Shown piece by piece: positions 1-14,680 of a stretch of DNA of 64,000 bases; the first letter of the stretch is position 1, and each line of letters begins with the position of its first letter. The notes below the pieces were generated by a model. The model was not told where the DNA came from. It worked only from the letters and a program-made list of their open reading frames with translations, and ran no database searches. The stretch covers positions 35,374 through 99,373 of the forward strand of contig NMRA01000919.1 of the NCBI GenBank assembly GCA_002633005.1, written 5' to 3'. The DNA is from Phoronis australis (lineage: Eukaryota; Animalia; Phoronida). The position numbers were made by a program, and so were the translations under genes.

Positions 1-2411
1 TTAGAAAGTAAAAATATGACCTAAGGTTATTTTTAATGGCTGAAAAATTTCAATTTCATGGGTGAGATGGACGTACGGGACGGACGTACAAATTTGCTGT
101 ACGTCTATCATACAATTTCTGACTAAACGAATAATCCCAGGGATGAAAAATTTTGGTCAATAGTATTGAGCAACAAATTAAAAAAGAATCTGAACTTATT
201 TTAATTTGAGAATCTGAAATTATTCTAATTTTGATTAAAAACATTTAACGTAACTAAACTTTTTAACACTTTTGTGATGGACGTACGGCATCATGATATC
301 CAGGAATTGACCTTTGACCCCAAAAGGTCAGCGATGTGCCAAAGTTGAAATGTTATTTTTTATAAAGTTTGGGGTTCATGCACAAATTTGATAGTATCGT
401 GAAACCCCCATAATTAGCTTTTTTACGACAATAATTAGCAACACACATGAAAATCGAGCTAATTTTCTGGGTGAAGTGACCCCAAAAAATGGGTCCATTT
501 AGACAAAAAATTGAAAGTTATAGGACAGTCAAATGTGGTTCCTGAAACTAGCGACAATGGGTTTTTAGATGAAACCAGAAATGTTAGTGTAACCACACTT
601 CTAATTTTTTGTCTCGAGGTTGACCTTTTCACGGAATTGCCCAAATATAAATTGAAACTGACGCTGCATACATGTATGTAAGGGCACCAAGTACACACAG
701 TAGTAGTGTCTCAACCAACCAAGCCTATTGTCAACAAGTGTAAAACAACTGAACACACATAAAATGTTCTAATGATGAGGTCCTAACCACCTTTCAAAAT
801 GTAATCGCCGTACACAAAATATTCCTTTTGAACTCAACATATTTTAGCAACAGCAGCGATGAGCTGAAACTTTCCGTTTCTACAAGTACATTAGGTCATC
901 AGAAAGTTGAAACTTTCTCGCTCGCATGTGGCTGAAGCCGTACATCGTTAGTGGGATTAATTAAAAGCTTGCAAGTGTTTTCATCCCATTCAAAGTCGGT
1001 TTCTATAATTCATGAATCGACAAATGGCTCGATTCTTTCGTTGCTCAAGGGTTTCCATTTGCAAGTTTACTTGAGGATATGGGTACAGTACCTGTGTAAT
1101 ATTTAATTGTGTGGTGCAGACAGCACCTCACTCTCATTGTTGTCCCAATTATGTTGATACATATTTAGTTTATATTATAACTATATTTTTCCAATACCAT
1201 TTTGTGAGCAAGACTTCCAATAGTCCCTTTCTTATCAGAACCGTATAGAAAAACAGTATTGTTATACTGAATAGCTTCAATACTGAAGATATACATCTAA
1301 CCAGGAAGTCATTACCAGGAAGGGACAAGTTACTGTTTTGGCGCATTTTAACGTGTTTCCAAATGACTTTCCGATCTCACTAAATTGTCCCCTCAATATA
1401 CGCCAGCTGAAAGCGGAAAGGCGTAATCGAGCGTGATTTTTAACAAAAGAAGTTCCTTGACTACGGAGGAATTTATTCCAAGAACAAATATATCTGGTTG
1501 CATGTTTACGAATTATTCTAGGGCGATACCTTATTTTGACAGGGGTGACTAATGGTTTTGTAAACTTAACGTTACAGTCAGACATGTGCGCCTTTCCCAA
1601 CCACAGGTCGCGTCACGATATGCATAGTTGCTCGCATTTTTCGTGGATGAGGGTGAATTCAAGAGGTGAACGTGATCCAGTCATATACATGTACAGACAG
1701 AGAGAAAATACAAAATAACGAGAGCGCTCAGAGAAGCGACACTTGGCGAAATTACGCGAAAACAGGACGATCGGGAGGACGACGACGACGACGATCATGA
1801 CGACTAGCGAGAAATGATGAATATCTTATGAAAGCCCGTTTAAAACTCTATCGAACTGTACAGATTTTTGATCGGTTAATACAGATGGCAAGAAAATCCC
1901 GGCACACAAAACTATTTGCAAAAAACGCCAAATTTGACAATTTTCTCCCTGAAATAACCACTTCCCTGCAAGTGCTAGAAAAAGTCTGACTACAGATTCA
2001 GAGTGCTCGTCCTCACTAGATTGTAACTATGTGGTCATAGTAAGCCTCTTACCAGCTACTTTTTTGGCAAATTTATCTGACTGACAGCCACCTGAAATCG
2101 CACCCGCTTTCTCGGACAGCAGACGACAGGTGTTGATAGCAAATGACAGCCACCAGTTTGCATCAAAAGTAGGTAAAACGTGGCTTTTCTCATTCAAAAA
2201 CACAAGTAAATAAGTTTCTTGGCAATCGTTGTCAACAATTTCCTCAAACCACCCGCCAAACCTGACACACGCCCTCAACATAAATTCTACGGACTAGAAA
2301 ATGCTCCGTGGCCGCGGCTTGACTGTTCAGTGCTACCTACAGTCTTGAGCGACAATAGGCAAAATTAACGACGATGATGATTGTGATGATGAAGGTGGCG
2401 ATTATGAACAA

Positions 2412-2470
2412 CTAAGTTCGTCGTATGAATGTTATGATGTGACATCATAACATTCATACGACGAACTTAG
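2412..2470. repeat. Perfect palindrome/hairpin (29-bp arms, 1-nt loop)
   Basis: ctaagttcgtcgtatgaatgttatgatgt-g-acatcataacattcatacgacgaacttag; the arms are exact reverse complements. Confidence 0.95.
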
Positions 2471-2702
2471 ATGTCATAAATTAGTAAGAAATAAGCTACA
2501 GTCTTGTTCAAATAAACTAAGTAAGTTTTCAAGAGGGAAAGGAATACCGTCAAAAATCTCACAATGCAGGCTAAGCCGACCCAGCCAAATGGGCGTCCCC
2601 AACTGCAGAATTTTGGAAAATGTGTCCTATCCAGGCCACCTCTTGGCAAGAAACGTAGGTGTGCGTTCTTTCCTTTGATTGGTTGGTTTCATTCTGCTTT
2701 GG

Positions 2703-3170
2703 CAGCCACGTCCCCAAGCTTCAAGATGGCGCTGAACGGTTTAGGCATTTGAGCGCAAAGATTAGCCGCTGCCTTGACGTCATTAAACCAAAGGCAAATT
2801 TTAATTATTTTCACAGGCGTTGTTACTGCCAATCATGAAGCACAAGGCATTGTTTTGACTATTGTTTGAAATAAAGGTGGTAGGCGTACTTATTTTCAAA
2901 TCTTTTTTCATTAATACTATCATAGTAATTAATCAGTTTTGGAATAAAAAATGCAATACTTTAGACTTAAATTACTCCAATATACCGTTATCTTTTATTT
3001 TTTATATTATACGGCAAAAATTTTCAAAGGTAATATTACCTTATATTACTCGTGATATTCTGGCGATTTCCGTCAAAATGTGTCAGAGTTCTGAAACATT
3101 TCTTTCCCAGAAACCAAGCCTCAAATGGCTAAACCGATCAGCGCCATCTTGAGGCTTGGGGACAAGGCTG
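2703..3170. mobile_element. MITE (non-autonomous DNA transposon) with ~50-bp imperfect TIRs
   Basis: Left end cagccacgtccccaagcttcaagatggcgctgaacggtttaggcatttgag matches the reverse complement of the right end ctcaaatggctaaaccgatcagcgccatcttgaggcttggggacaaggctg; the interior is AT-rich and non-coding. Confidence 0.75.
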
Positions 3171-6100
3171 TCTGCTCTGGATGACCGTTATCTCACATGA
3201 TGTATCCGTTTATGTAAATTGACCAATTTCATAGTATGCTTTACACAGAGGACCAATACCACGTTATATTGATGGATCTCTCCTGGTTACATATAACAAA
3301 GAATCCCAAGGATTAGCATTGTCGTTATAACTAATTTGGACATACTGAGTAGTTTTAAGCTCACCAGCGAAAATTATTTCCAAGTAAATAATGTAAAAAT
3401 ACGCGGGCGATCCCCAAATGTAATGTCAGAACATTAACGTTTTAAGGTTTCAAAACCAATACATTGACCTCTAAAACCCACACGGACACTGGACTGAAGG
3501 ATTGAGTTAAATAGAAACCGGGCCGTTCAGTGATTGCCGTAGCTGGACGATGATTTCTCAACTTCGATCGGAGTCGCCGTCCACTCTTGGTATCTCAAAA
3601 GTTGCTCTTAGCTGTTATAATTGTGCAGCACAGAGCAATTATCGCATTAGGGAGCTGGGGGGAGGTGGACGGGGTAGCTATAGTCCAAATGCTGGATGAA
3701 TAATTGAAATGTCAAGGACACAAACTGCTAATGTTTTAAGGCGTTTCCTTCTGAAATTGTACTTGTATCCCTCGTGTAAAGCTAGTATGGAATCCTCCTG
3801 CGATGGGTTTTTATTCCTTGACAACAGTTTTGATTCCATGCGTGTTTACATTAATGGATTCATTCGGTGTAGTAGAGAGTTGGCTTTTTTCTAGTGACAT
3901 CAGATAAAAAGCGAGCCTCGCTCTAAAAAAAAACAAAAAAACACTGACATCAGACCTCCGGACACCGGTGTTAGTTGTCTGGAATACGGACTAAGCGGGA
4001 GTATGATTGTGTTCCGAGAAAGTGTAACGTGAAGGCTTTTACTTTGTGGCTGTTACGATTAACTCCAACTGAATGCTTTTCTTGCTATTTGTGGAATAAA
4101 TTCATGTTGTTTGCCCTACAGAAGTAGACGAGGAATTTACCAAGAGTATAAAATCAGCAAATCCTGACTTGTGTTTGAGGCCGTACTCTTTACCCAGTCA
4201 TAACAACTACCCTAAAACGTTTATCTTGGCGAGGTTTTGTTGCAGACACGTTTATCGAAGCACAATAAACATATCTTAGTCAAATACATTGGACCAGTTT
4301 CCGTTTTTCTACAGGTCAAATAAGGGCAATGTGCTCTGTTTTCTGGGATTCGATATCGTAATAATTGTGGAGAATGTCGTTAGTAATGAATAATTATTGG
4401 CTACTAAATCATTTGATCATAACTGTAAACAATGTGTCACCTTGGTTCTGGCGACAGGCATTACATAATGCAACATTTTCAAAAGGTCAGAATTCGATGC
4501 AACGAAAAATGTTCCATTTTCAATATCACCTATCACAAAATCAGATATTAGTGTGAGATTTGTAAAAAGGGTTCAAAAATACATTGTACATGTACGGTAA
4601 TATTAGAATGTAAGGCCAAGTAAAGACGTGGGCTTGGATGGGGGAATTGGTGGTATCAGGAAGAGATAACCAGGATCCTGGTTATCTCTTCCTGGTGGTA
4701 TGCATATTTTAATGAGCAACGAAACTGGGAAGTTCGGAGTTCAAGATATGACGGACAACATGGCAAGAATTGTATGATGACACGTGGCTTTCCTCAGACT
4801 CCCGATCTCTGCCTGGTGGTTTGGTAATTGACCCAATTGTGCAGCACGCCCAGCAGAGGAAGATACAATGCATTATTGCAACATTAAACAAACGTTAGAA
4901 GTCACATTCCTTGTCCAATTTGCAAAATTCAAAAACTTAGTCCCGTTTGCATATAACGAACTATTCCCCCATGCTATTTACAGACGTTCAAAACGAAAAT
5001 TTAAAAATACTATTGTCGCCCCTAATATGTTTATGATCATCTCATTATTTAGAGAACAAATAACATCAGCAGCCTGTAACCACAACAGCATGGTGTCTTT
5101 GATCTGAATCGACAAATGCTGTGGTGCGCAAACCGGTCGAGTTGCCCAGTCTCAACCGGATAGGGTGTCAACGAAGAAATCTTTTCATGAACCGATTTTG
5201 AATTGACGTAATCATTCTACTGGTTTTTATATATATTTGAAGGAGCAAATAGTGTTTAAATTCTTCATAATTTCATCGATAGTTAGTCAGCGCGACTTGT
5301 AACTCCAAAAAGCAAAGTTACTAGGGCAACAGCACCATTGTCAACTTCTCTACGTTTCTAGGGATGATCCTAAAAAATGCCTTGAGCGTTTGTGTAGATG
5401 TTTGCCTCGATGAAGCACGTCCTTACTAACTCCCGTTTTGGGAGAACCACGTCCAACACAAACCTCGTTCCCTTTCAATTTCTTCGAATAATCTCTCGAC
5501 ATGACTACCGCCAATCTCAAAATTAGATTGGTGATCTTGACCGTCAAACTACAATACCTGGTTGCCATGGTACCTGCACCCAAGTCCGCTTGTACCCTAG
5601 GCGTGGCTGTCTGATTCTACTAAGACTGCCTTCAAGCCTGAAATTACTGATTTCCGCGGGCCAAATACCTCGTTACCATGACATTTGGTGTTACGTTCCC
5701 ACTACACAAGTGTTGAATAAATATTTATTCAAGTAATTATGATCGCATCACAATATACAAAAAATTATAGGAATTGTCTCCATAACTAGAAGTTAACGTA
5801 TTTACTCAGAGACTTTGTAATTTTGCTCAAATGCGATTTGGTTATTTTTCAGACAGTTGTGTGGAGTTTGATTTTTGTCTTAAGTCCACTTTTTGTGAAA
5901 TAGAAACCAGCACGCCACAAAGACTTGCAAAATTCGTGTCAAATGAAGGTCATAACATATCAAATATTGGTTGTGAAGAGAAGTGAACCACGGTTGTTAA
6001 TTCTGCTGAGAATCAATGAAAAAATGTGTGTATTGTTCGTACAGAGAACGCTAATTTCTTATTTTAGGTAATTGTAGAAATAGGCTTTCTTCGTTAATAT

Positions 6101-6632
6101 TCGTTCATGATAATCTCTTTGTAATGTTTAGCTTAGTCACGGTCCAGTTCATAGTTTTCAAGGGTCGTGCGGCATTGCACAAATGCGTGTCCTTACTACT
6201 TCACCTATCACCTTTCCATGTTCACTTTACTGTATACTTGTATATGTTTTATGATTATTGGCAATGCGTCGCATCAAATCTTATAGCACCATTACCACTT
6301 TACAAAAAATTGTCTATTTGCTAGTTCAAATACGTGTGAAGTAAAGAACGACAGATGTACTTCTACAACTAGCTCCGGTGTTTATTTCAATAAAGAACAC
6401 GTAAACGTATTGGTACTTTCACACAGAAAGGCAACGGAAAGGTTCCTGTGCCTTCTCAGAGGAGATTGTTCCGGGGGAGGGAAAAGATTTCCTTTCCCAG
6501 TCATTACCAAAACAACCTCCAACCATCACAGAGGCGGATCTAGGATATCACAAGGGAGGGGGGACGAACATTTTGTCTGTAAGCATTTGCGTTCCCCACG
6601 ATTGTAGATGCGCATAGCACCGAATGGGGAGG

Positions 6633-6683
6633 AAAATTTCCTAGGCGGGAGGGGGGCAAACCCCCTCCCGCCTAGGAAATTTT
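6633..6683. repeat. GC-rich hairpin (23-bp arms) downstream of a CAGAGGCGGATCTAGG MITE-like end at ~6528
   Basis: aaaatttcctaggcgggaggggg-gcaaa-ccccctcccgcctaggaaatttt. Confidence 0.8.
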
Positions 6684-6908
6684 TCTGTTTTTCCTATAAA
6701 AATCAAGCATTTTCCTTGATTCCTGAAGTATTATCTAAGAAAAAAAGGCAAAAAAAAAAACACGGAGATCGTGTCAAACAGGGACAACTGCAAATACCAC
6801 AGACTCAAACTCACGACCTGGCGTATAGAACGCGCGTGCTATACCACTACACCACCAAGATCTAGCCTAACTCCTATTTCGATAATAAGAGACCTACTTC
6901 TTTATGGT

Positions 6909-7380
6909 CCACAGCGTTTGCGCGCGAAACCTACTTCTTTTTGCAATGCTTATTGCATGTTTTATATTTTGTGCAATCGGTTCGTAACAAAGTGGTTGTA
7001 TTTAAAATAGACTTCAACTGCTCAAAAGACAAAATCCGTTTTTCGTGTTGGCAATAATGACGGGATTGCTTTGGAAATCGTCTTAAGTTAAGGTTTGACA
7101 AAGAGAGGATTATGAGTTCTTGAGTGATTCACTATGGCTTCGATTAAAATTCACATCTTACCAGCAGCTTCTGTGTTTCCATCGTCACTCAGGTTTCATT
7201 TTCTTTAAAAAATGAAGTAATTTTCTTCATTGCACAGTGGAGCAGACGACGGAAACAGAGTCGTAGTGCGCAGCGCCACTGCCGGTCTCCTGGGATATCG
7301 CGAGAGAGCCTATCCTTAGCCAAAATTCCGTTACGATTGCGCCGTGTTCGGAATATGACACTTGAAATTGGATCTGAGCC
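6909..7380. repeat. Interspersed repeat; inverted homolog at ~29455-29895
   Basis: cacagcgtttgcgcgcgaaacctacttc...cattgcacagtggagcagacgacggaaac...cacttgaaattggatc matches the reverse complement of 29455-29895. The ORF-track peptides at 7227 (-) and 29408 (+) are near-identical. Confidence 0.8.
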
Positions 7381-10300
7381 CAAGCAGCCAAAGCTAACGT
7401 TTTCTGTTGTTTCAAATCGTCGCCTATGCGACTTACGACTTAGAGTGATTCTAACACTGAAGGAAGAAATTTTGAAACTGACGGGGTAATTTCGAGTGAT
7501 TTTTATTTTTTTTTTCAAATGTCAATTGGGCGATATTCGGCTACAAAACCGAGATGCCTGCGCACAATAACTTATTGCTTGACANCGGGGTTAATTAATA
7601 AATTCAACATTTCCTACGTTCTTGCTGTTTTACTTTTTGCGGCAGCCACGGGATCCGCTTATGCATCACCCACGTCGCCAACCCTCATCGGTCTGCTCCA
7701 AGCAGCCAAAGCTAACGTTTTCTGTTGTTTCAAATCGTCGCCTATGCGACTTACGACTTAGAGTGATTCTAACACTGAAGGAAGAAATTTTGAAACTGAC
7801 GGGGTAATTTCGAGTGATTTTTATTTTTTTTTCAAATGTCAATTGGGCGATATTCGGCTACAAAACCGAGATGCCTGCGCACAATAACTTATTGCTTGAC
7901 AATATCAGGAATTTAATCCGCGACCTCGCCGAATGTTAGACCTCAGAGAAACAGTTACAGTAAAATCGTTCTACTGTAGAGTGTCAAACTTGTTTTGTCT
8001 GAATTTGACAAGTCGCAGATTATAGGCTAACTAAAGCCTTCTCAGTTTCATATTGACCTCAATCTTCAATACCCTCACTGGTACTGTCCTCTGTTTCGAG
8101 GCTGTTGAGCCTAACTTTGGTTGAACGTCAATTATACTGTAAAACAAGACTGTATAAGACAACATAATATTATGCGGTAACAGATACATTTCAGGGTGGC
8201 TTAGACGGTGTCACACGTGTATTGACTACATGCAAGGCATTACATCATCACAGAATCCGTGGACTGATTCGGACCTGGACTGGCCCTGAATGCAGCCGTT
8301 CTCTTTGTAAAAACTCCAGGTTATGCTGTAGTTAGTGTATACAATTACTTTTTCTGATTTATCTAGATTAGAGCATTTACACGTGTACCTATTATCGTTT
8401 ATGCTTATTAGACCCTAGTCTATACTTTAGCGATTACGACAACTTAACATTTATTTAAAATTATATCTCTGTGTTATTCTCCACCATTAGCTTAAGTTAC
8501 ATTTTCTTCATGTTTCTGTTAATTTAATGGCGAAGAAATAATCCAACAGGCTAATGTAAATATGTTCTCCGAACGACGTTAAATAAAGATTCTTGATTCT
8601 TGAAAGAGTTAAGCGCATGCCAATCGCCATCTAAATAAACATTTACTAAAATACAAATGAAAGTCAAAATTACACATAGTGAAAGTTTCAAAACCGATAT
8701 TGGATACCAATGACTTCTGTCTCTTTAGAAATTCCAAAACAAGTGTCCATACGTGGTTTCGAGAAAGAAAACCAAAAAATTCACAATTGTCTTTAAAGTA
8801 CTTGAACTGAAATCTGGTCTATGATTTTTCGCATCAGTGCAACAATGAAATGGCAACAAGTTCTAACAACTGCGAATTGCAAGTACTCAATCTAAATGCT
8901 TTTAGAAATGCCAACTCGCTCAAAGTCTAGTAATTCAAACCGCCTCTAAATAAAAGAAACATTCTTTTACAGACAGCGGAAAAACAGTATAGTAAGGTTA
9001 AGTTCGTGCTAAAGTTTTCGAAACGTGGATATTTTACAAGAATATCGATTTTGCGAAGATTCCGATTTTGTATCAATTAAATTCATAGCAAGAACGAACT
9101 GTTGATTCACTCATGCAGATAAAAGGGTTAACCGATAAAAGAACCAACTCGTGATTTCTTTAGGCACATTTTGGTGCCATTAAACGCACTTGTTTCCGAT
9201 AATGTCAAGCGTCTGGTGGTTCATCCAGTTTGCACAGGTGGGCCCTAACTGGTTGTTCTATATTGGATGATAACATCCTCTGGTTCCATCTATAGCTTAG
9301 TTTACTCTGAAACATGATGCAGCAAAACCTGTACTCTCGCCATTGTAATACCGATAAATCACTTACCGACTCTAAGCACAACCGGCAACCTCCTACGCTT
9401 ACTATTGCCCATGTCGACGTCTGGAGCAGGTTTGAACTCGATCAAGGCAGCGGTTCGTTGACGTTTGGCTCCGAGGTTGCGGGCGCTACAATTGATATCT
9501 TGGTTCTGGTTCACGGGCATCCATCATCATTCGTCACGTGACTTCCTTGCCCCAGTTTGAGCACACCGGACAACGAACACGTGTTAGTCCATGTCATTCT
9601 GATTATATTAAGCCATGCCACAAACACCACCCTGACTAACCGAAATTATATCAAATTACACTCTCTTTTTCTGAGTGCACGAGTGAAAGTGCATTATTAT
9701 TCGCTAGTGTATAAAAATTGAAACACACTCTTCTTGCAACCAATTAGTCCCCAGACAGCCGAACATTTAATTTATGTAGAGTGATTTCAACGGCATGACT
9801 AAATTGCTATGTTATTGAACAATATAAAATATATGTTTTAGTAACGTAAAGCAATAGACGATGATTAAAAAACAATTTGGGGCGTTACAAATTGGAGGGC
9901 ACTGATAGAGTGTTCCTCGATAAATCCCCGTGTACATGTATGTGCAGCACCTCATTTCACACCAACGCCAATTTACACCCCAGTGTCTACTGAGGGGGAA
10001 AACCATATGAGCTCACGCTATAAACATTTCCAAGCGACACAAGCAATTTTTGCGTGAATAATCACTGAGAGCCCCGGCCGCAGATTTCGATCGCACTTGG
10101 AGCCAGCTCTCTGGAGTGTGCAGCTAAGTATGGCCGAAGGTGACCAAGGTAAGTCTCAAAAGATTAGGATTACAATTTTACCATTTTTGAATATTGAAAG
10201 TCATAATTTTACTAGCTTCTCAGACTGGATTTACTCACTGGTTAACTGAAGGCCTACACCCATACTAGTAGGCGCATGAGTATTTTAGTTAGGGGACGTG

Positions 10301-12897
10301 ATTAGAACACATGTGGCGCACCTCAGTCAAGATCAATATTCCAGTTCAACTTGCCACCGCTTTCGCCCCGGCTCACCGGTCGTCACCAGTTTTGGCCGGT
10401 TACGCTCCCCTTCCCAGTGGCCCCCGTTTCTCTTCTAGTATGTCCATTCATAATTTTCATCCGTATCAAATTCTGTCGCCATAAATTGAGAAAGAATTCA
10501 TCAGTATTTTCGTCTCCTTTCTATGACGGGTGCGATGCGCCTCTTCTGGTTCCCAGCTTTGTAAGTGGCTCGGAGAGGCCGGGCGGGGGGTGTCATCCTT
10601 TTCCACACTTTTTACGTTCATGCAAAATTATTTAAACAAGTAAACGTAGGAGAAAGGGCAATCGTTTGAAATTCGTAATTGCAAATACGATCAGTGATCT
10701 TTCCAAATGTTGTGGTCATGTAACGGCATTTTAAATAAATTCAATCATTGCAGGCCCATTGAATATATTCCAATGTTTTTGTGGCAAACGAGTATATGTA
10801 GTTAAGTAATAGCAAGCTTTTGTTGAATTTAAATTGCCCATTGAAAATCGATTAAGGTTCATTCTAAGTTCTTTTTGATAGACACACACTGGCTCCTTGT
10901 CACAGCTTTCCGCGCCCTCTAGCTGGCAAGTATGTATACTGTCTAAGCCGCTTGGGAAGCCGACCTGCTTAGATTGGGTGTACATATACGTGTTTATAAA
11001 AAACACGTGAGCGGAGTATCAGATAAAAAGTAACTCTCTGTCTTGTACAATGAGGTAAACACCGTTGATGAACTTTGAATGGGATTAATTTAGTTGACAA
11101 ATACAAGTGAAAATTGTAGCATCAATCAATTAGCTGTCAACCAGATTATGAATTGTTTTTCTACTACATCTGCATGTAGCACGAGGCAACGCCAATGAAA
11201 ATGTTTTATTGGGTGTTTATTATGCTTAACACATGCTAGAGATCAAAGGCGTGTAAAGCTGAATACTGATACATGTAGAGCACCAGCCTAGATAAAAATA
11301 TCAATGTTTTGAGCAAAAATTTCTCAAAAATGTGTTAAAACATTTTACAAAATTGCAAAGTGAAAGAAAAGTAAGTTTCCATGGTCACAATCTTACATTA
11401 CCCTGATGGGAAGTACTTTTGCTCTACACATGATCATGAAACTTTAAGGTGACTTGTGTGAAACACAGTTTCTCTCGCTTTCCTTCTCCAAAGTTCAACA
11501 GAAACAAATATCATGTTCATCAGAATCACTGCCTTCTTGCCACCATTCCTGTCTACAGTATTTCTTACCCATAATTCCTCGCCCCTTTCCAGGCTTGACG
11601 CCATCACTTTCTTGCACAGCTGGCAGTTCTCCTAAAAAGCGGAATTTTGAAGAAATAATAAAATATTACAGAATAAATTCCGGTACAACGGTTTTCCAGT
11701 TTGGGACAAAAGTAACTGTAAAAGTCACCACTTGTAAAATTTTTAAATGCTTAAAACAGCTACAAATGTTAAAATTTATCAAATTACACTTTGGTGTATC
11801 TTCATCACATACACCGATTACTTACAACAATGTAAAATGTTTTCATGAGCTATTTATTTCCGATTTTTGCGAATGCCAACGTTAAACTCCACTTGTCTGC
11901 CATATTGTGTACTAAACTAGAGAATTTTTACAATAAGTCAGGTGCCCGGGTGTTCAAAAGACATTAAATTACACCCATTAATATTTTGCAATCATCTTTC
12001 AGGGGAAATTATACAGTTTAGCTTTAAGTGAAACATGCACCCAAGAAGATTTTACGATTTAACAAGTAATGAGAGTTGCGTGTCAAAATAATTCATTTAA
12101 AAACATAGTTGCGATTTCATATATTCTATTTGTAGTTATTTAACAAATCACACTATTACAAATTGGTTTGTAATAATACCACTTGCTACAACACATGGAA
12201 ACAAAGCACTATCATGGTAAGAAATATTTTAAGTCAAATTCTTTGGATGAAGTTAGTTTAGTTTTTATTTTGTTTTATGACATCTTAACACATAGAAAAG
12301 TGTTTAAGTTTAGACAACTTTAAAAATATTTCTGAGTCAAACTAAAACAGTCAATAATTCAATAATTCACTCACAGTTTTCAAAAAAATCAACATTTATT
12401 GCAGCCGAAAATCGGCGAAATTTCTAAGAAGGATCAGCTAATTTTCAATTATGCCTCGGTGCTATTTTTTGTTTGATTTTCGTTCGGCTTATCGCCATAA
12501 AACTTCGTTAATTTTTTTGAAAACTACTTTACATACAGTCAAACCCCGTCAAAAATCGTCAGCTATTTTTGAAATCCATTGTACATTAAAGCGTTACTAT
12601 AATGAATGTTTGCAGTTTTAGAGAATTTGGAACGTGTACTACAATTTTATAACACATAGTCTAACTAAACAAACAGTAATTTTGGAAATAGCAGAGGAAT
12701 TTTGAATTTAAAAAAATAATATTTTTTTTTGGTTTCCGCCTCGTGATATTATCAGCGGAAAACGTTAATCAGTTGACAGCATGTGAGCAATGGCGGATGG
12801 TAGCGCATAACGGCGTTCTCCCTTTCATTGTTAACCAGACGTTGTGAGTGTGTGATAACATATCTAGCTCCTTGGTTAACTGCCAAGAACAGTCTTT

Positions 12898-14250
12898 TAA
12901 CAGCAAAAATAATAATATTATTAAAAAAGGAGACCGAAGTGATATAAAGAACTATAGACCCATAAGCTTATTAGCCCATCCATGCAAACTATTCATAAGT
13001 CTATAACAAAATAGAATGGAGAAAAAACTAGGTGAAAATCAACCCCGAGAACAAGCAGGGTTTAGAAAGAGCTACTCAACAACAGACCATCTGCAAGCCC
13101 TTGGACAAACAATTGAAAAATCTAACGAATTTAACCTGCCACTGTGTGTTGGTTTCATAGACTATGAAAAAGCTTTCGATTCAATTGAACATTTTGCCAT
13201 CATTGAAGCCCTAAAAAACATCAACATAAATGAAATATATGTAAAACTGACGCAAAATATATATATACAGATGCCACCGCCAGAATACACATCGACAACC
13301 ACGTCTCTGAAAGATTCAACATAGAGAGAGGAGTTCGACAGGGAGACCCAATTTCACCTAAACTCTTTACAATGACAATGGAAGAGGTCCTCAAATCTCC
13401 AGACCTTCAAAAAGGAGTAAACATAGACGACACGGAGAACATTTAACAGACCTAAGATTTGCAGATGATGTTGCTTTGTGCACAGAAGACATAACACAAT
13501 TAGAAACAAATTTAAATATACTGAATGAAGAAAGCAACAATGTGGGATTCAAGATTCACAAGGACAAGACAAAGTACATGACAAATTTTGAAACAGATGA
13601 ACAAGTAATGGTGGAGAACAAGATCATTGAAAAAGTCAAACAATATAAATACCTGGGACAAACTATACAAATGATTAACCGTATGACCAATGAAATACAA
13701 ATCCGAATAAGAGCTGGATGGAGTTGCTTTGGAAAAAACAGAGAAATTTTCCAAGAAAAGAACATACCCATATCCCTGAAAAGAAAAGTATTTGACCAGT
13801 GCATCATCCCCACAATCACCTATGGATGCCAAAGATGGACCTTAACAAAACAGACAATTGCCAAGTTAAGAACAACACAAAGAGCAATGGAGAGAAAAAT
13901 GCATGGAATAAAATTACTAGACAGGATTCCACACACAGAGATAAGGAAACAAACAAGAGTCATGGACATAATCAAGACAATTCTGAAATTGAAATGGATG
14001 TGGGGCGGATACGTGGCCAGAGCACAGGACAACAGATGGACAAAAAGATGCACAGAAAGGCAACCCAGATATGGAAAGAGATCAAGAGGACGGCCCCAAG
14101 CCAGATGGAGAGATGACATCGTGAAAACGATAGGCACAAAAAGGATGAGAGCAGCAAGAGACAGAACAAGTTGGAAGGCATTGTCGGAGGGCTACATCCT
14201 GCAGTGGATGGACAACACCTAGATGAGATGAGATGAGATGAGATGAGATA
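12898..14250 (+). mobile_element. 5'-truncated RTE-clade LINE (reverse transcriptase, frameshifted) with (ATGAG)n 3' tail
   Basis: Peptides KKGDRSDIKNYRPISLL, QPREQAGFRKSYSTTDHL, FIDYEKAFDS, GVRQGDPISPKLF, LRFADDVAL, YKYLGQ, KWMWGGYVAR and KRSRGRPQARWRDD; stop at 14222, followed by atgagatgagatgag. Frameshifts near 13265 and 13435. Confidence 0.93.
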
Positions 14251-14254
14251 TCAC

Positions 14255-14680
14255 GCTGGCCAATTATCTACCACGCTTCTTAATTACAGCTCACGGATGA
14301 ACTCAGTCAAACCCAGAGCGGTCGGAAAGAATAGATTGTCATAACTTCGGTTGCAGTTGAGCGATTTTGGCGATTCAAAAACTAAACATGATCAGCATTC
14401 GACGAGAAATTCAGAAATGCTATTGATTTATGTTCAATTATGGTATAACTTAATTTTTGTTTTTTACAGAACAGCCCAGTCAGACTAGATACTATCTTAT
14501 TGGAGATTAGAGCAATCGAACAAAAGAGAGCTGGCCCTCCAACCCTAAATGCCAGAATGTAGTTAATCAGTCGTGTAAGATATTGGCTGCAGGGGTCATA
14601 TCCCTAACTTGTTGGTGGGCTATAGAATCGAACAAGTTGGGAGCAACGGGAAAAACGCCGTGATCTATTACGTTAGTTAG
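14255..14680. repeat. Older interspersed element split by the RTE insertion (left part ~12800-12898); inverted homolog at ~37510-38210
   Basis: aaagaatagattgtcataacttcggttgca...tagaatcgaacaagttgggagcaacgggaaaa, and 12860-12898, match the reverse complement of 37515-38150. Confidence 0.75.

Noticed and set aside
1-330. Repeated gatggacgtacgg motif and a possible DNA transposon end near 312
   Set aside because: The partner end would lie outside the window and no coding remnant is visible, so it cannot be classified.
3700-3850. Minus-strand peptide LALHEGYKYNFRRKRLKT resembling a FLYWCH/MULE N-terminus
   Set aside because: Too short, and it lacks the downstream W-x-C...C...H residues.
7380-7902. 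Near-exact ~205-bp direct duplication (7380-7584 and ~7698-7901)
   Set aside because: The first copy ends exactly at a single N (7585), so this is most likely a contig-join or haplotype assembly artefact.
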